Shown here in pieces: positions 60,947 to 64,000 of a stretch of DNA of 64,000 bases. Positions within the stretch are counted from its first letter, which is position 1. Every line of letters begins with the position of its first letter. A program made the position numbers and the translations under genes. The DNA comes from Nitrospirota bacterium (GTDB taxonomy: Bacteria; Nitrospirota; Thermodesulfovibrionia; Thermodesulfovibrionales; Dissulfurispiraceae): contig JBFMCP010000006.1 of NCBI GenBank assembly GCA_040754455.1, positions 33,649 to 97,648 on the forward strand, read 5' to 3'. The notes under the pieces were generated by a model that saw nothing but the letters and a program-made list of their open reading frames with translations, did no database searches and was not told where the DNA came from.

Positions 60947-62041
60947 TTATAGTTTTACATCCAATGTTACCCCTTGAGGCATAGCCGTAGCCTCAGGAAT
61001 TATAATCGTATAATCGCTGAAATCACGCACAGGATTGATATTTGCTTTTGCTGTGACTTTCTCAAAAAGACTATGCGCTGAAGCATTGCCCATTACAGAG
61101 TCATGCTTGAAGACTATCAACTTGCGCGTTGCCATCTGTCCTCGTGCTGCTGAACGGTCATGCTCAAACATATTTATAAGGGCATACCACAGAAGGTCTA
61201 AGTCATTCATATTGAATCCTGTCTGCGCAGCAAAGGCAGGAGATATAAAGCCATGGCACCGATATAGTCCGTATGGCACTGTAAATTTTCTGCCCATGGT
61301 ACGATTATCTCCCTGCTGTTTCTCTGCCTCAGCCTCTGTAGCTACAGCCATTCTGGTTATGCTGTGCTCAAGCGGAACTATCTGATTGACACTGCGGGCA
61401 AAGGTAAGCTGTACAGGTCCGCGAACTTGTCCACAATTGGGAGCTGACTTCAAAGAGAGAACCCCGCCAAAAGTTCTGATATCATAAAATTTTTGACACA
61501 TTTTCCCTCTGCCCTGCTCAACCTCTTCCCCCGTCGGTCTCCGTGTCTTAGTATTTTTTAGAACAGAATTAATCGTATCCTTGACTGCTTTAATCGGCTT
61601 CGCTTCTTTTAGCCAATCTTTGACTTCTTTTTTGTCAGTATCAAATGCAACAGTGAGAAAATATTTTTCAGTATCTTCATCCATATCAATAGACATTCCA
61701 TTCGGCAATCCGTTCTCATCAAGCCATTCATAAACTTCTTTTGAAATATTAGCCTTTGATTCCTCACCCAACTGAATACCCAGTTCCTTGAATGCTGCCA
61801 CATGCGCTCGCCCAAGAACAGCCTTTTCTTTAACATAAATGTCAAATCCATCAGAGTAGTTTTTTACCAGCTGCACATAATTTCTCACCTTTCTTTTCAG
61901 GCATACATCTGTCACAAGCCCGTGCCCTGTTTCAGGATCAACACGGGGAAGGTTGCCAGCGTCAGGGTCACCGTTAGGATTGCCGTCCTTTACGTCAAAG
62001 AATAATACAAAGTCATAGCGGTTGTTGATTGGATTGCTCAT
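60947..62041 (-). CDS. cas7c: Type I-C Cas7/Csd2 with internal insertion
   Basis: [56 protein letters not shown]. Confidence 0.95.
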   Translation of the reverse strand: MSNPINNRYDFVLFFDVKDGNPNGDPDAGNLPRVDPETGHGLVTDVCLKRKVRNYVQLVKNYSDGFDIYVKEKAVLGRAHVAAFKELGIQLGEESKANISKEVYEWLDENGLPNGMSIDMDEDTEKYFLTVAFDTDKKEVKDWLKEAKPIKAVKDTINSVLKNTKTRRPTGEEVEQGRGKMCQKFYDIRTFGGVLSLKSAPNCGQVRGPVQLTFARSVNQIVPLEHSITRMAVATEAEAEKQQGDNRTMGRKFTVPYGLYRCHGFISPAFAAQTGFNMNDLDLLWYALINMFEHDRSAARGQMATRKLIVFKHDSVMGNASAHSLFEKVTAKANINPVRDFSDYTIIIPEATAMPQGVTLDVKL

Positions 62042-62066
62042 TTTCTATTCCTCCTTAAATTTGGAT

Positions 62067-63893
62067 TTATTGGTTGTTATCTTTCTTTTTGAAAAAATCC
62101 TGCCTCTGATGGTAATACCCCACGGCAAATCGTCCCTGATCGTCAAGTGACAAATGAGACGGAAAAGATTTATCAGCAATTACCTTGTCCATAATTTCGC
62201 CGATCAATTTCTCATAAAAACTCTTATAGTTTTCAAGCTTCGCCAAATGATGATTTTTCAACTTCATCAAGTACGGGAAAGCAACAACTGGCGTGCTTGA
62301 CGCCGAACCATAGAAGCGGTCGCGAATTGTTGCGTTAATTTTATTTTCCCCTCCCGCAGAATCAATTTGAACTTTTTCAAGTACGGCAAATAGCCGTCCA
62401 AGCAAATAGCCTGTGTTAGCGCAATTCGTATCTAATGACATCCCTACTTCCTCCTTTCTTTCATTTGAATTTCTATATCTTGCTTCTCGATTCAGTATCG
62501 CCTTGATAAGCGCAGCACGGGGATAACTTACATTCTGAATTGTTTTACCTGTTTTTGAATCTCTTTTCGATTGCTCCGCTTTCGTCCTAGTTATGACTGC
62601 GTTTAATAACGTACGTGGATATGGTATACCCGCAAGTATCGCCTTCATGAAGTAGCCTGCAAGATTGGGCATCACATCAAAATATCTTCCTTTGAAGTAG
62701 ACTCTATTTGTTTTATTGGGGTCTTTTGTTTCCACCGCTGTTGATGCGAGCAATTCATTAAGCTGGCAATTAGGCATTTCATAATCAGCATGAACAATAT
62801 CTATGTCATCAAAATGCTGATAGATGTTTTTGGCAACCTCGCGGACTGAGCCTTCATACCAAAACCTTATGGCAATTCTGGCAGAATTCGGGGCAAGTCC
62901 AAGAACATAGAATTTTGTATTTGGATCGAGTTCTGGCTTTGCTCCCGTCTCAGGCGATTTAAACATTGCAATCAGTGCCTTATAATCTTGTTCAGGATTA
63001 TCTTTCTGAGCTTCGCCAAAAATATCAGCAAAAACATCTTCCATATCATGTTTTTTCTCAGCCCAGAAGACTGTCGTGGCATCACCTATTTTAAGCCACT
63101 GCCTTGAATTATCACGCTGCATATAATTGATGGCAGTCACATAGGCAGCCGACGCTGCTTTACTGATTGGAGCATTCCTATGTCGTAAATTCTTACCACT
63201 CTTGCCATAAGACCAATATGCAGATTCGTTAAATGAAACCAAATGTGATTCACCTTTCTTTGAGCCTCGTAATCCTTTGATTGGATTTTCAAGAGGGGTT
63301 AAGTCATCAAATTCCCCTGTAACTAAACATTGGCCTTTTTCTGAACTTTCAATTTTTTTTCTGGCAACAATAGCCTCTTGCACTGCAGCACGATTACAAA
63401 TGAGTGATTGCTCATCTTCAAGCCTAAAGGCTAAAAATGGGTCTTTGGTCTTGATATCTTCCCATTCGGGATAATTTTTAATGTCCTCTTGATGGTGTTT
63501 TAATAAATTAACGACTGCTTTTACACCATCATCGACATCTGGGTTAGGAAAATAATCGAGGATAGTTAATAAAAACTTCTCTCTTTGTTTCCTCAATCTT
63601 ACAGTATCCCCCTCTGGACTTACCCCAAAGACATAGCTTGCTTTATCCCATAGCAAATTAGCCTCGATATCTGACGTCCGGCTTCCATCAAATACTTTTG
63701 GTACGATAAAAGGTCTTGCTTGTTTCCGTCTTCCCTCGCCAGTTCTGGTATCATCTACTCCAGTAATACTTCCATCTCTTTTAAGAGTAATTATGAAAGG
63801 AATTGCTACTCTCTTATATCCAATTGGCTCTAAATCGGGAATATCATCTTCTACCATCCTCTCATAATATTTCGCCAATGCCTGTAATATCAT
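62067..63893 (-). CDS. cas8c: Type I-C Cas8c/Csd1
   Basis: MILQALAKYYER, CLVTG, LVSFN, TTVFWA, LGLAPNSARI, GYLLGRLFAVLEK, GRFAVGYYHQ. Confidence 0.95.
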   Translation of the reverse strand: MILQALAKYYERMVEDDIPDLEPIGYKRVAIPFIITLKRDGSITGVDDTRTGEGRRKQARPFIVPKVFDGSRTSDIEANLLWDKASYVFGVSPEGDTVRLRKQREKFLLTILDYFPNPDVDDGVKAVVNLLKHHQEDIKNYPEWEDIKTKDPFLAFRLEDEQSLICNRAAVQEAIVARKKIESSEKGQCLVTGEFDDLTPLENPIKGLRGSKKGESHLVSFNESAYWSYGKSGKNLRHRNAPISKAASAAYVTAINYMQRDNSRQWLKIGDATTVFWAEKKHDMEDVFADIFGEAQKDNPEQDYKALIAMFKSPETGAKPELDPNTKFYVLGLAPNSARIAIRFWYEGSVREVAKNIYQHFDDIDIVHADYEMPNCQLNELLASTAVETKDPNKTNRVYFKGRYFDVMPNLAGYFMKAILAGIPYPRTLLNAVITRTKAEQSKRDSKTGKTIQNVSYPRAALIKAILNREARYRNSNERKEEVGMSLDTNCANTGYLLGRLFAVLEKVQIDSAGGENKINATIRDRFYGSASSTPVVAFPYLMKLKNHHLAKLENYKSFYEKLIGEIMDKVIADKSFPSHLSLDDQGRFAVGYYHQRQDFFKKKDNNQ

Positions 63894-64000
63894 CGCCTCA
63901 CCTCCTTTTCATCAATCAACATACGCCCATTATTAAGACTTGCTCGGAAAAATGATGGGCGGCAATTGTCATTGCAGAAGTGCTGATTATTCTCGTCTGC
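63890..64000 (-). CDS. cas5c: Type I-C Cas5, C-terminal fragment at window edge
   Basis: ...CRPSFFRASLNNGRMLIDEKEVRR*; stop overlaps the cas8c ATG. Confidence 0.75.
   Translation of the reverse strand, partial: ADENNQHFCNDNCRPSFFRASLNNGRMLIDEKEVRR

Overview
Bacterial chromosomal window of moderately high GC, with a visibly AT-richer last ~5 kb. Gene content suggests an anaerobic Nitrospirota/Desulfobacterota-like organism (inference only). Most of it is housekeeping: ymdB-osmC, moeA, pepA, ispE-tRNA-Gln-prs-rplY-pth, mutS-coaE-ribF, priA, clpC, tRNA-Ser-ffs-dnaX-ybaB-recR, pgm, mtaD, mqnP/ubiA, gcvH-lpdA, eno-ftsB, GH57, dtd, a tRNA nucleotidyltransferase and galT-like. It also holds a c-di-GMP pair, two two-component systems, a 13-heme cytochrome c/cytochrome b module, and a type I-C CRISPR-Cas locus (partial cas5, cas8c, cas7, cas4, cas1, cas2; 53 repeats). 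The best candidate for an undescribed system is a 20-aa Cys-rich peptide gene missing from the ORF track (MTIKKVAKKAAMTCKCKGSC, 9915-9977, minus strand). It has a strong RBS and a terminator, and lies directly behind a radical SAM/SPASM enzyme with an RRE-like N-terminus, so it looks like a minimal RiPP locus. Other notable points: several families of inverted short-tandem-repeat elements in housekeeping operon spacers (and an in-frame octamer array inside ribF), a split CbcL-like 13-heme module, PriA lacking helicase motifs, a GalT homolog lacking its catalytic His, a TtrS-like sensor fused to a diguanylate cyclase, and Cas7 with a ~70-aa insertion. All calls come from motif reading; no database searches were run.
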